Shown: positions 12,080-26,905, counted from the whole stretch's first letter. The stretch: 63,258 bases of DNA, filler included, from Octopus bimaculoides (GCF_001194135.2; 7 parts of 7 records of this genome joined end to end with filler, not necessarily neighbours in it); one strand, 5' to 3'. Program-made: numbers and translations. The notes: a model not told the origin generated them from the letters alone.

Positions 12080-12549
12080 NNNNNNNNNNNNNNNNNNNNN
12101 NNNNNNNNNNNNNNNNNNNNNNNNNNNNNNNNNNNNNNNNNNNNNNNNNNNNNNNNNNNNNNNNNNNNNNNNNNNNNNNNNNNNNNNNNNCCCCCTCTCC
12201 CCCTCTCTCTCTACCCTCTCTCTCCCCCTTTCCCGAAAGTGAGCCTCGTTAGAATGTTTTAAACAAAAGACATAAAAAGCGAAGAGATTGTGGCGACGTT
12301 ATTATTGGTGGTAATTAGTCCCAGGTCAATCTTTATCGTGCAAGCCTAGATCCACATGGAATCTACCCATGGTTAATCAGCCTCTATTATTGCCCAGTCA
12401 GTCCTTCCTTTTCCAGACGATAGAGAATAGTTTGAGAGAGGAATGACTGCAATTTCTAATGGCCACATGCAGACTCTCTTGTGGCAAACAGTGTGAAAAT
12501 CTTAAGTACCATAATCAATATAAACACAGTTAACCCCAAAACTTGAATA

Positions 12550-12633
12550 CATCCCTCGATTATCGCGGGTATTACGTTCCAAAGACACCCCCGTATTGGG
12601 GGATAATCAGCGAAGTAGAAACAGCACTGTACA

Positions 12634-12703
<70 letters not shown>

Positions 12704-13145
12704 TTAGGGACAAAATCCAAAATTACAGGTAAAAACTCAATTAAAGTCAATTTATAAGAAATTTAAATTAAATTGAGCTTTATAGATTAAAATATATGTA
12801 AAATATATAGTTTTAGGGAAAATAACCAAGTTTCAAGAACTCATCGATGAAAATCCACTATCACATATNNNNNNNNNNNNNNNNNNNNNNNNNNNNNNNN
12901 NNNNNNNNNNNNNNNNNNNNNNNNNNNNNNNNNNNNNNNNNNNNNNNNNNNNNNNNNNNNNNNNNNNNNNNNNNNNNNNNNNNNNNNNNNNNNNNNNNNN
13001 NNNNNNNNNNNNNNNNNNNNNNNNNNNNNNNNNNNNNNNNNNNNNNNNNNNNNNNNNNNNNNNNNNNNNNNNNNNNNNNNNNNNNNNNNNNNNNNNNNNN
13101 NNNNNNNNNNNNNNNNNNNNNNNNNNNNNNNNNNNNNNNNNNNNN

Positions 13146-13179
<34 letters not shown>

Positions 13180-13288
13180 ATGTGTATGTCTGTTTTATTA
13201 TAAATGCAAAGCAACACCGCGGAGGAATCGACGTAAGCTTAAATGATAAACCGCGATAGGTGAACCGCGATATGGCGAGCGATTACTG
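12550..13288. mobile_element. Second copy of the CAGTAATCCC MITE, split by a ~500-bp insert that includes a gap
   Basis: 12550-12640 and 13200-13288 match the reverse complement of 3276-3476. The right end is GATTACTG|TA. Confidence 0.7.
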
Positions 13289-14214
13289 TACTTAGTTTTA
13301 AAACGTGAAGTTGATGCAAACTTTTGGGGTCATTGTGTGAAAGCGTCCTTGTGAAGCCAAGCCGAAAGCTTCGAATATACGGAATTGTATAAAAATTTTG
13401 ATGTGAGACCGTTTTTCTAACCGATCTAAGTTTAACGAGAAACAGCCACCATTTTAACCAAATAAAAACGCATACAATTTGGTTATTGTATGCACTAAAC
13501 TTAATAATTAAAATCTCTCTTCAATCACGGCCTAAAATTTTGTAAAAGGAAGATGCATTTGATAAAGTCGTCCTTGACGTTCAATAAATACATAATTGAA
13601 AGGTTCAATGTTGATGGCTGATACTGCTTTGGTTATAAGTCTCTTGGCATAAAGATGATTTAGTCTTAGGCGAAAAACATGAAGAACAAGCAAACAAATG
13701 CGATCAGTGAACCTGAGAGACATAAAATCAAAATAAATATAAATCTCTCTCAAATCATGCCTTACTATTTAACAAAAATAAGATTTACTATACATCATAT
13801 AATGTAATATAGTGCTCGATACACTCTATATGTTGAGGAAAAATGATGGGATTGTCACGGTTGTAACACCATTCGAGAGATGAAGTCATCTGTGGATCAT
13901 AGCTAGTTGTTCAAATGAATTGCTTCGAGTCGTAGTTCCACTCAATTAAACCTGATTGGTTTTAAATAACAATAACAACAACGTGACTTTAATTTTCTCA
14001 TCGAACCGGAAAACAAGAGGAAGTCGTTGACAACGCAGGAACTAATTGGCATTATTAGAAGTGGTGTCTGGTCCCCTCCCATCATCCACATCGCTTGACA
14101 TGTTGATTCCTTATTTCATTAGTCATGTGATTAATTTTTCAGGGAAGAGAGATTTGATTGGCTCTAGTGCCCTTATAGCATAATACGGGATTATCTGTAG
14201 CCTGAATAAATGTT

Positions 14215-14470
14215 TAAGATGTTCGCTTTACAGTCACGAGATCCCGGATTCGATCGCACAACATGGGGCAACGAACAAGACCACTGCCTTCAGAATAAAA
14301 TAAGGTGTTGAACCCCTTTGAAAAGATTGTACCTGTAATTCAAAGATCCCGACTTGCTACTCTGTGACACACTAATTCTTCTAGAGAACTGAGTACACTG
14401 GTCTGAGAGATACTCAACCACTTACATGCTGATATAATAAGTAGGCAATTCTATTGATCGAACTACTGAA
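14215..14470 (+). mobile_element. Old degraded SINE-like repeat
   Basis: B-box-like GGATTCGATCGC followed by a body resembling a recalled octopus SINE. No second copy in the window. Confidence 0.35.
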
Positions 14471-15859
14471 TTCTATTAACCTTGTTTTCTATATTCGAAA
14501 ACTTGTCAAGTGATCAAAGCCTGCTTTATTAGATCCTCCTGCACTGATGACATCCAGCAATACCGAAACATACCCGTAGCTGTCTCCTTGCATGAAAATA
14601 TCAATAAGAAACATTAAGAATGTGTGTATGGTGAAAAGGCCTAAACTTAAGCGTTTTTACATATTAAATATTACAAAATATATCAGGATGAGGATATGGC
14701 ATGACTTTTTTCTAAATTCTCAGAGATGGATGTATTGAATTTCATAATATTTTCTGTAATCCCTATACAGAATTTGGGGAATATTGTCCATAAGGGAGAC
14801 TTTAGCGCAATGACTAAAACTTTGAAATGGTATTGACCACTAGGTGAACGAGAAATACAGCTATTACTGTTGCTTCTAAACGAAAAACTTGAACTGCATG
14901 AGAAATACTTTTGCTATTTAATTTTTCGCAGTGAATTAAATAATACACGAATAATTATAAATTTAATTTGTCGTGTAATATCTAAAACGAAATCTTTACA
15001 TTCTAAATTTAAAAAGTTTCTAGCAATGCAAGGGTGGAGTGCAAACTATAAGGGTGGGGCTATTTCTTTTCCCTAATTTTAAGCTCATAAACATTGACAT
15101 TTGTGTGTGCGGGAGGTGGGGTGTGATTTTGTCTAAAACCGCTATTCTTTAATGCATCATTATAATAATGCTTATATCAATCGATGGATAACTTATCTGA
15201 AGATATGCAAGATATTCGTTTAAAAATTATTGCTAACTATCTTTATTTTAAATTGTGTAAAAGGGATCAGACTCCTTTATATGGCAGAGTGTTTTCTTGG
15301 GATTTTTTATAAGAGCTGCATTTATTATTATCGAAGTAGCTTTCAGAAACATGACACTTAGATTAGTCTCACTCTGATCCTTGAATCTAAATTCTTTAAA
15401 TATTCCGATATTCTGCATTCTGAATTTATCTAATTCATGAACGTTCATATTACGAGAGGTAATTACATCATCAATCAGTATAAGACATTCTACGGGAAAG
15501 GCAATCTACGTTGAAGTAAATCTAAAATACGAAAATCGATAACTTCGCATAATTCGGCGCCATCATGCCGAGCCGACACAGACGTTAAGCACTTCTTTAC
15601 CATTCGTTTTAACGCCAAAACTGTTGTGAAAAATTAGATGAGATTTCTTGAACATGTGCGTTGGACTTGATATCAGATATACTGACTGAAATAAAATTAC
15701 TGACAAAAATTACGGCTTTCGGGAGAAAAGATAAAATTATGGAGAAATATAACGCTGCTCTATCATAATGTGAAGACCTATTTTGTTGCGTGTTATTTAT
15801 ACTGATAAACCATTTTATAACAGATGTACTGCTATATCATAACTGAAGGGGATAGATAG

Positions 15860-15961
15860 ATAGATATCTTTTTATTATAGCCACACCGGGCTAAATACAG
15901 AAAATGGACAAATTACAAAGTAGAGCTTTTGGGGGGGGGGGATAATTTGGATCAAAAGGGA
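15860..15961 (-). mobile_element. LINE-like 3' end next to (GATA)n
   Basis: Homologous to 55235-55432. AATAAA on the minus strand. Confidence 0.55.
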
Positions 15962-16061
15962 NNNNNNNNNNNNNNNNNNNNNNNNNNNNNNNNNNNNNNN
16001 NNNNNTTAATTAATTAANNNNNNNNNNNNNNNNNNNNNNNNNNNNNNNNNNNNNNNNNNNN
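15962..16061. other. Artificial 100-bp scaffold join (44 N + TTAATTAATTAA + 44 N)
   Basis: The same 12-mer inside N runs occurs at 16006, 29500, 35263, 54444, 58265 and 62080. It encodes stops in all six frames. Confidence 0.95.
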
Positions 16062-16115
<54 letters not shown>

Positions 16116-16480
16116 TAATGGACAAAAATAATGTATTATATGTATATTTATTCATTCATTCATTATAGGCTTACAACTGTTTCCCGATACCATTTGGATG
16201 CGTTCCTAATTCGATTTTATTAATCGATCGATTGATTAACTAAAATATATAGGGATCGACTCTTAAAAGGATATCTTCGACGAACCCAACCTATCTTAAC
16301 TGAGTAATGCAACCGTGGATTTACGAATTTTACTGGTGATGGACTTCGAATTCGGAGTACCTGGGGTGTAATACCAATCATAGGACTATTTTATTTGCCT
16401 GGTGTATTTTGCGTTGATTAATATCCCACATTAACCCCTCTTCGTTGATACATACATACATACATACACCCACCCACACA

Positions 16481-16951
16481 CAAATGGTTTTGTTATACGC
16501 TGCCGAGTTTTACAATCCCGTAAACAGTAATAATGGCATTTATATAAGCTTAAAACCGTCACCGTGCAATGACTAAGGAAAATTGCCCAATAATGGAGCA
16601 TATAAGCCCTCGACAGAAAAAAGTAAACTTTCCCATGCGTGTCGTACTAGAAACCACATCCGCTTTGTTAACGCGACTACGTGTGTTACCATTATACCAG
16701 CGAATTAGCCTCTCTGTTTCTGTCAAATTTAAGAACTATATTTGTTCATAGTTGTTTTTTGTAGACAAACTTCTATGTTCTTTCAGTGCAAATGGTTTTG
16801 ATATACGGTGCCGAGTTTTACGATCCTGTAAATAATAATAATGGTATTTATATAAGCTCAAAGCTTATAACAATCGCCGTGCAATGACTAAGGAAAATAG
16901 TCTAATAATGGGGCATATAAGCCCTCAACAGAAAAAAGTAGGCTTTCCCAT
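16481..16951 (+). repeat. Diverged direct repeat of ~160 bp (16481-16636 and 16789-16951)
   Basis: Both copies run CAAATGGTTTTG...GCAATGACTAAGGAAAAT...CATATAAGCCCTC...CTTTCCCAT. Confidence 0.85.
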
Positions 16952-16984
16952 CCCACACGGATGGGAAAGTCTACTTATGATAGA

Positions 16985-17390
16985 GAACGTTGTTATGCCA
17001 TTACCTGCTTAGAGACCTATGTAATGTTGCAGAAAGTGTATGGAGAGGAGTGTATGAGCTGCACACTAGTGTACGAGTGGTTCAGACGTTTCCAAGATGG
17101 CCCAAAAAATGTCGATATTGTCGAACGTTCTGGGAGACCTGAAACCAGCAGAAATGAGAAAAACATCGCACATGTCGATGCAGTTGTGAGGGAAAAATCG
17201 TCGAATTACTATCTGTGACTTACCAGAGAATGTGCAGATAAGTTACGGTTCAAATCTGTTTATTATCACTGAAGATTTGGGTATGAGACGCGTGTCTGCC
17301 AAGTTTGTACAAAAACTGCTTTCAGCTGACCAAAAAGGTACTCGGGCTTCAGTTGCACAAGATCTTGATTGTGCCGAGAACTTTTTGAAA
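16985..17390 (+). mobile_element. Mariner transposase fragment (HTH region to FVQKLL), frameshifted
   Basis: ETYVMLQKVYGEECMSCTLVYEWFRRFQDG...ERSGRP and LGMRRVSAKFVQKLLSADQK (WVPHEL-equivalent motif). Confidence 0.85.
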
Positions 17391-17520
17391 ACTTTGCGCA
17401 GGCATCTGAGTAGGTATCACCAAGCTTTTGGCAAAATTTGATGCAGATTCTCTACTCAACTTCCACTATCATGCCCAAGGCGACAATCACACGCTACACA
17501 CCTTCGTTCTAAGAACTGCT
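17385..17520 (-). mobile_element. Mariner 5' end fragment in the opposite orientation
   Basis: Minus strand reads MIVEVE*RICIKFCQKLGDTYSDACAKF, a mariner N-terminus. Confidence 0.7.
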
Positions 17521-17532
17521 GTAGGCAGAGAA

Positions 17533-17577
17533 AGTGAGCTGTTTCTGGGATATTTTATACATCCCTTCCTCGGAGAC
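17533..17577 (-). ncRNA. Truncated hammerhead-like motif with an inverted duplicate (17596-17632)
   Basis: Minus: GTCT CCGAGGA A GGGATGT-ataaa-ATATCCC A GAAAC AGCT. The plus-strand duplicate continues AGCTCTAAGAC. Confidence 0.45.
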
Positions 17578-17847
17578 GGTTCGAGAAGGTTAAGCAAGGG
17601 ATATATAAAATATCCCAGAAACAGCTCTAAGACCTCTTTATAAATGTTCTGAAATCTTTTGCAGCCTTGGATATTTATATCATTCTGTTAATTTTAATAT
17701 ATATGTGCACGCTAATATATGACCTACGTTCGACTCCTCATTCGCGTAATCACCGAACCTAGAGCTTAACTATAGTCTGTCCATAGCACTTACTCAGCAT
17801 TACCTGCCACCTTTGGGTCTTCTTAACACCATTACCTCTTATAACCT

Positions 17848-17894
<47 letters not shown>

Positions 17895-17907
17895 CATAAT
17901 ATTTATA

Positions 17908-17990
<83 letters not shown>

Positions 17991-18129
17991 AGATACGATA
18001 CAGCATTGATAAACTTGTGCATAATGTCACGCTGTCGTTGGATACTGTGTCGATCTCTACTGCGTCTAGACAGTCTTCTAACCGAGGGACTTTTTCTTTC
18101 TCAAGTTATCCAACAAAATGTCTACTGTA

Positions 18130-19699
18130 ACCAAAATCTCGTCTTCATCACCGTACTTCAAATTATTTCTTCTTGACTGCCATACCTTCTTGACTGCCAT
18201 TAATCTACTTATTGGCAAACCACGAACTCCTGCTGTCAACAATCTATAAACTTCAAACCCCAGCCGTCCCATCATCTCTGATCAAATAAACACATCTCCA
18301 GTTACATGACTAAATCATACCCCCACCCCCACCTCATTGTAGCATTCCTCCAAACTTCTCAGAACTCCCAAATTTCTTTTTAGATTGAACATAAAATCTC
18401 TTAACGTCATGCCCATGACGACATACTCTAAGATCTCGAATGATTTGTTTACTGTTATACCACATTCAAATCTAGTACACATATATTACGTCACTGAACT
18501 AGTCATTCTCCAAACTGCTTCTTAGCAATGTGTTCTACTCATCAATGGAGTGACTGTAGGCACTAGAACGGCCATAATTACTCTAGACTGATTGTTACAA
18601 ACTTTCATACATTAATTTTCAGTCTTTTTCATAGGCCCTGTCTGTGAGCAATATGGTTGTTATATCAAAGACTTTATAGGTTCCACAATAACCACACGCC
18701 TCTATATTACTGTCTTCGTTAACCATTCCTCAACTTCTCCGTTAATTCCATCCCGTTTTAGAATTCATTCCTGCCTTCACCAAAGCTATATCAACTTCTT
18801 GGATATCTCCATTTTCATTAGCAACCCTCGTTTTTTTTCAAATCCATTATCGACCTCCTATGCCGATCTGATCACCAGCTTCAATCTTATCTTTCATCTA
18901 CCACATCCGCGCTCTCTAACAATTTTTCCGTCTCTACCACAATTGTAAGCGAGATTCCAACTACAAGTCTAATTCCCACAAAATACGCCACTCCTTCATT
19001 CCACAGATTTACTTACTCTGGTCGATCACCGGTATGGTTTTTCATTGAACCAGATCCATAGTCTGATTCTCCATCCTCCTGAAACGTGTTTGCCATCTCA
19101 CTAAAGCCATTTCTTCAATGCCACCTTTTATCCGCCACTCGGGCTGTCTCTCAGGCTAACTTCTTAAATTCTTCCACCTATTCCTATCACACCCAGCTAC
19201 CGTATCTTTCCTGAACTCTACCTACTTCATGTAAACGCAATTGAAAGCCATGTGACCCCCTGGTGAGCATTTCTTTCGCCTCAGGTGACCTTGAATATCC
19301 ACATGCATCTCCTTCCGTTGCAACCTTTTCCTCTCATTCCAACATGAGAATTCTACGTGACTAAGTCTACACTCCAAAATGCCAACCCTTCACTTATACT
19401 TCTTTTAACTTGATATAACTGCATTAAAAACTGACTGTATGATGCTCAGAACATGGATCAAACTGGCCAATGCTGTGCAGTCCACTTTTCCGATCACCTA
19501 ATCGATGTCTGTCATAACATCTCGCACTCCCCAAATCTCTGTCTCACCATCTCGACCCCAGACCACTCCGACCATTATCTCTCTATCTTCGGATTACTGC
19601 ATCACCATGGGATCTCTTCTATTAGACAACTTCCCCAACGAAGACTCAACTAATTGTGCACACTCCAGCCCCATGGTATGAACAACAGACCAAATTTCT

Positions 19700-19700
<1 letters not shown>
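18130..19700 (+). mobile_element. Degraded Penelope-like element (RT plus GIY-YIG endonuclease)
   Basis: Ordered motifs across frameshifts: SNPSRPIIS, LFTVIPHS, LINGVTVGTRT, YGCYIKDFIG (YIDD position), NFLDISI, QFFRLYHNC, FTYTSFNLI, DQTGQCCAVHFSDHL, LCTLQPHGMN. Confidence 0.8.
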
Positions 19701-21110
<1,410 letters not shown>

Positions 21111-21999
21111 TTGCCATCAGATTGTTATCAGAGTGAAGAATTTGCTTAGAATTAATAGCAATACAATTCAACACACAATATATACAAGATGATTTTCTAA
21201 AGATTTTGCCAATTTTATTCAGAATACACACATACACATATATATTTTTTGAATTCTATTTTTTAATTCTTTTGTTATATAATATTTTTTTTTTCCTTTT
21301 TGAGTATATTTTACTTTGATTATTTTCCATTGCATATTCTAATTTTTATTTCCATTTCTAGAGTATTTTTCCTTCTGTCTCTGTGTGGGTGTGGATTTTA
21401 TATTTTAATAATATTTCTGTAATTACTTTTCCATATATTTTTTCTCTCTATTTTGCTTCTTAACCAAACTAAAAATTCTTCGTTTTTCTTTATATATTTA
21501 TTTACAGAATGATTTATATATAATTAAATGAAGAAAATATATATAAAAATGAAGATATTTCTACTTTATCGTTTCTAATCTGGGATGTTGTAATTTAAGA
21601 CAAAAAAAAATTGTTAGTCATCCATGCTTGATGAGATGTGGCCATTGAAGCGAAGATATTGATAATAATATTTTGATTGCTTAATCCCACACTCAACTCG
21701 AACCATAAACGCAGTTGTTTGTCTTTCAAACTGACTTTGCTGGATTATATATATTTTTTTAGAATTTTTTATTTTGTATAATATTGTTTTATGTATTTTT
21801 TTGGTTTATACAGAGCTTTAATTCTTTTACTTTCTCCTAGCACACACTTTCTATTTTCCCTTCTCTTCCCTATTTTTCTTTTTATATGTCTGTACGTATC
21901 TATGCACATATATATATATGAATGTATACATGTATAAATATCTTTTCAAACGGTTATGTATACATAATTACAAACACACATACACACAAACACACAACT

Positions 22000-22136
22000 G
22001 TGTATGTGTGTGCGCATGTATGTGTGTGCGCATGTATGTGTGTGCGCATGTATGTGTGTGCGCATGCATGTGTGTGCGCATGTATGTGTGTGTGCATGTA
22101 TGTGTGTGCGCATGTATGTGTGTGCGTATGTATGTG
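22000..22136. repeat. 16-bp minisatellite (ATGTATGTGTGTGCGC)n, about 8 copies
   Basis: Seen directly, with strict purine-pyrimidine alternation. Confidence 0.9.
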
Positions 22137-22699
22137 TTTGCCTGTGTGTATGTATGTGTGTGCGTATGTGTGTGTGTGTGTCTGTGTGTGTACATACATA
22201 CGTACAATTGGGAATTTATATATCTTAGATACATATTTTTGTCTGTATGTGCATAATACATATAGGATACTTATATGTTTTATACAGACAGATACACACA
22301 TACATATATGTATATATATATATATTCACAGATTCATACCTACATATATATTAATGTGTTAATTTATTCATGATTTAGTATTTTAAAGCATACATACAAG
22401 CTAACGTAGAATATAAAAACTTGTAAATATCGGGGAATAAATAAGAAAAATAGGAACTGAATGCACATCCTTTCTTCGATCCACAATTACATTAATTTTA
22501 TGCTAATGTTGGCGTCGTTCTTACTGAGTATATATATATCCACACATACATATACGTGTATATGTAGATAAATAGATATTTACATGTATACACTCTTAGA
22601 CACACATACACATAGACATACACAGAAATATATTCATATAAAAGCTAAACATAATTCACATGGTAGTTATTTCCCTTGAAAATTTTATTGCTCTCTATA

Positions 22700-23350
22700 A
22701 ACTATTTGTGTTTATTTGTATATAATAAGGTCTGCGTGAAGCTCTGCCTCAAAACTGAACCACTGTTATAAAGAACATTCGGAGAGATCAATCTTACTGA
22801 CGTGTAATGCTCTGACCATGCGCATGGATTTAAGAATAATTTCAGCAATACACTGCACTCGAACATTACAAACCTCACAACATACAAAAACTAAGACTTT
22901 GGAAACTTCCTCCTGCTGGGAAAGTACAACATATATATGACCAAAATACAGTGTATTACTAACCTGAATATAGCATTCCACAAAGATCTTTATAAATTCA
23001 TAGCCTAACATCCTCTTATGGTGCCATTCTAAAACCTTACTAAAACCGCATCTAAAAATTTGCTTATCAAACTGCTGAACATTTGCATATCAACTGATTT
23101 AGCTCTGAATAACTTCTGCCCGTTCCCATAGCATGAGTTCTTCACAAAAGAACCATCTGCATACTTCGAACTAAGCTGTCGATATATACAAACATTCTAT
23201 GCTCATCACCTACCCCAATTCGTCAGAGTAATTTGCACATCTTGCTTATGGATACAATGCACTGACCATCCTCGAATGGAACTCTCGACCTTATCTTGTG
23301 TGCGAATCCCTCCTCACTAAGTCATATACGAAGTTATGTAGTTCAATTCC
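22700..23350 (+). mobile_element. Very old Penelope-like RT relic
   Basis: DLYKFIA*HP...KLLNICIS and LPQFVRVICTS fall in the expected order for a PLE RT C-terminal half. Many stops. Confidence 0.4.
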
Positions 23351-24371
23351 CGTAGATCATCTTCACTTTTTTTTCAGTCTTATGCTCAGCTAGATTATGT
23401 ACTTCGCACGTGTGTTTCTATCTATGTATGTATATGCATGTAGAAAATATTTTAGATATTTTAATGCCGATCTCTCTCACCTCATCGGTGTATTGTCAAA
23501 ATATTTTTTGCCGATAAACTGATAAAATAAATATCCAAATATTCTGTAAATATGACAGACGTTCTACCATTGAACAAGAGTAATCATTGGAATCCATTTA
23601 TCCATTTTAGAAACTTAATTCTTACGCCATATACACATGTTATTATTTGTAGCTCTTTCTGCTTCGAGTTAAACTTTCCAAAAAAAATGACTTATTTCAC
23701 ATTCTCTCGAAGTTTCTAAATTCTTATTACATCGAAATGTGTGTGTGTGTGCGTGTGTGTGTGTGTGAATGTGTTTGTGTGTTTATGTCTGTGCGTGTAT
23801 GTGTCTGCTTAAAAAATCATACATAGCAGGCGCTTTGTGAAATAAAACACAGGTAATAAGTCCCACATCCAGACTGCGTGTCGCGGGTATCACACTGACA
23901 GCACATATTTGAACATTTCTATGCTCTTATAACAGTTCTTTAGCTCACAATGTTGAGTTATTTGAATTAAGCAACTTATAGCCATAAGCAGACAATATGT
24001 CTTCTTTCCACAGATTGAAGCTAATTTGCATATTGGTGTTTGTTTGACAACCATAAAGGAATTACTAATATACAAAACAGCGTGACCACTTGAGAGGTTG
24101 TACATGTGTGTATCAGTTGTATATGTGTGTGTCAGATGTATATGTATCAGTTGTATATGTGTGTATCTGGGTATAGTTGGGTCCTTATCTGTATTTAGAT
24201 GTAAGTATTCGTTTATATGCCTGTGAGCGTATGTATATTTTTATATTCATGCGTAGGTATGAGATGTGCTACACATGAACACACCTACATACGCATGATT
24301 AGATAGAGATGTGTTCGAATGTATGTGATTGTACGCGTACATGTTTCTGTATATAAGAATGTGTGTGTGTG

Positions 24372-24467
<96 letters not shown>
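24372..24467. repeat. (GA)n
   Basis: Seen directly. Confidence 0.95.
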
Positions 24468-24468
<1 letters not shown>

Positions 24469-24859
24469 ACGGGATCGTATACGATGGCAAACGAAAGTGT
24501 ATGTATATTTCTGTGCATTTCTGTGTTTATATGCTTATATGAACATGGAATGTGCGTAGTGCGATGTGTATATTCTGCCAAGGAAAATCTTCTACTTAGA
24601 CTTTATTTCTTCCTCACATGTAAAGTTATTAAACACCTACAATTGATTATTACATCAAAACTAACAATTGGATTTTTGTTTTGTAATTATGGTTGTAAAT
24701 GTGGGTTTAGCTGATCCACTCCCTCCTTCCTGCCCGTCATCCTGTTTCATTTAGCAACAAATAAATTTCTTACACATCATTGGGAATCGATCAATCAGTA
24801 TCTCATTTATTTCACACAAGGATAATGAACAAAGTCAATTGTTTAACCCTTTAGTAAAG

Positions 24860-26560
24860 AGAAATATCTATCAGAGGACTTTATGTTTGCTGTTCATTTT
24901 TATTTTAATCCACTTCAGCATTTCCTCGAGTTGTTCTCTATTCACCATGGAGGAAATTTTCTTGCTAATATCTTAGCATGATACGTTTTTAGAACAACCA
25001 TTTTAATTTATTTATGTTTTCTTTTTTGTATTCTATGTTTTTTCTTGTTGTTTCTTCATTATCCTCACACTTGTCTACTACTACTACAGCCTCTGTTTGA
25101 TACATATTGGCCACCGGAAGAAAGAAAACTTTTCTGTTGCTTGTTTATATTTTGCTGCTAGATTTTTTTATATTTCAAGATATGCTTTTGTAATCTAACT
25201 GCAGTTATTTGATAATAGTATTCTAGCAGCAGAAGTGCCTTACCTCCCTGTATCCACAGTAAAGACAATCCTTCTTATAGGACTTTAGCTTGTGTATACT
25301 AAATGTAGTCATAATTTTCTTAGTATTCTTTTACCTAGAATTTTTTTTAATTTTCCAGTTCAGAATACTGTAACTATTTTATTACTGGAACAACTAAAAT
25401 ATTGTCACCAGTTAGTTATTTATGTATCTCACTTAACTCTGCTTTAATATCAATTTACAATATTATATAACGCTTATAATATTCCTTTGACTTTTATAAT
25501 TCTCTCTTTCCCTGTCTCTGTAAACTCAGTTTCCATTTACTTGTAGAATGTTTAATGTATTTGGTTTTTTTTAATTCTACTTAATTAGATGCTTCCGGAA
25601 TCCATGAATGGCGATCACTCCATATCATACGCATTTTCTCTTTCTTTCTCTTGTAATTTTTAAATATGGATTTTCTTAATCAGCAACTGATCGTTAACAT
25701 TCAGGTGGCAAACTTAACATTCCTTTCACTTTAACACCACCGCCCTGGCCTTGGTCACCTTTTCTTGGGAGCTTATGTCTCGCAAACACTTGTTCCAAAC
25801 CTTTTACGCTTACATTTTTGCAGAACCCATCGACCTGTACTCACTAATAACCATATCATTTTGAAAATGCCTTCAACGGACATTGTTGCACTTCCTATTC
25901 CCTCGACTAGCACAAAAATACTTATGCAAAATCGCAGTTGTTTATCTGGAGCTGTTTGGTTTTCTTATGTGGAAGAATTTATACTTTCTAATGAAGTTGC
26001 TGCTGAGGTTTTGTATCTTATAAGTAGGTAATAGAGTGATCATTTTTAGTGTCTGAATATTTCGTCAGTTCTTTACGATTACGATGGGTTTTGGTGAGCC
26101 ATCCAGATGTTGTTTCTCGCTTTTTCAGTAAATTGATGAATATTTGTTTGTATACCCCATGGGTTTCCAGTTTGAAACTGGATGTTTTCCCATTATTTAT
26201 ATTCAGGAGGGTCTGGGCTGGTTCTTCGGCTGATATTTATTCCCACGATTATTCTGTTGTCGTACTTTATTTCCCTAACACTATCACCTGTGGTATTTTA
26301 TCCAATCTCCATATTTCTCCCTCTGACTAATTCCATTGGTTTCTGTTTTCTTTTTCTTAGTTCTTGGTGAATTCGTTTTGCGTGAGAGATAAAATGCTTG
26401 TTTCAGTTAAACAAGCATTTGTCATTTTTCCCGATGAATTATCTGCGATTTAACGAGGATCTCTTGCTTTAGGTTCTTTTTTTTTTATTTGGGACAGTTT
26501 TTGCTTGTTGTATTTCCGTGGGATTTGAATCTGTCTTTGTTTTTATTTTATTTTCATCTA
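24860..26560 (-). mobile_element. Old R4/Dong-like (RLE) non-LTR retrotransposon fragment
   Basis: Minus-strand motifs in order: AKRIHQEL, GWLTK...DTKNDHSITYL, ILKAELS...LVVPVI, TKKIMTTFSIHK, GGKALLLLE, ENFLHG. They resemble recalled R4/Dong ORF motifs. Confidence 0.6.
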
Positions 26561-26739
26561 TATTGTGTTTATTTTTTATGTTGATCTCATTAGGAATTAA
26601 GAGAATTATTCTACATTTTTTCTAGTTCTCTTTGATGCTGGTTTCCTATATTGTTGTTTCAGTTTAGAAGTTCCTTAAATGAGACGTCTTACTGAAGAAG
26701 TACCAACATTATTTACGCTAATATATAATTTTCGGAACT

Positions 26740-26905
26740 GTTACGTAATTCCACCTGTTGCTAAATGGTTTCGCATAAGAGTTCGATACAATAAGTGCCA
26801 GATGTAAATATGTGTACTGACGTCGATTTGTTCGACTAAGGCCTTGAAAGAAGTGTCCTCGCATGGCCGCAGTCCAATGACTGAAACAAATAAACGATAA
26901 AATAT
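26740..26905 (+). mobile_element. SINE family 2, degraded 3' part
   Basis: GCATGGCCGCAGTCCAATGACTGAAACAAATAAA. Confidence 0.7.

Noticed and set aside
13532-13720. Good-looking minus-strand splice acceptor (TTTTATGTCTCTCAG) with a 60-codon open frame
   Set aside because: No convincing donor and no recognisable protein. Such sites are common by chance in AT-rich DNA.
14544-14575. CTGATGA...CGAAAC hammerhead candidate
   Set aside because: No stem II, stem III or stem I pairing could be built.
16481-16951. CRISPR-like repeat-spacer layout
   Set aside because: Only two long diverged units in eukaryotic DNA, and no cas genes.
18078-18700. Minus-strand ORF that faintly resembled a Gypsy RT
   Set aside because: The plus strand gives a much better ordered series of Penelope RT motifs, so the minus ORF is its shadow.
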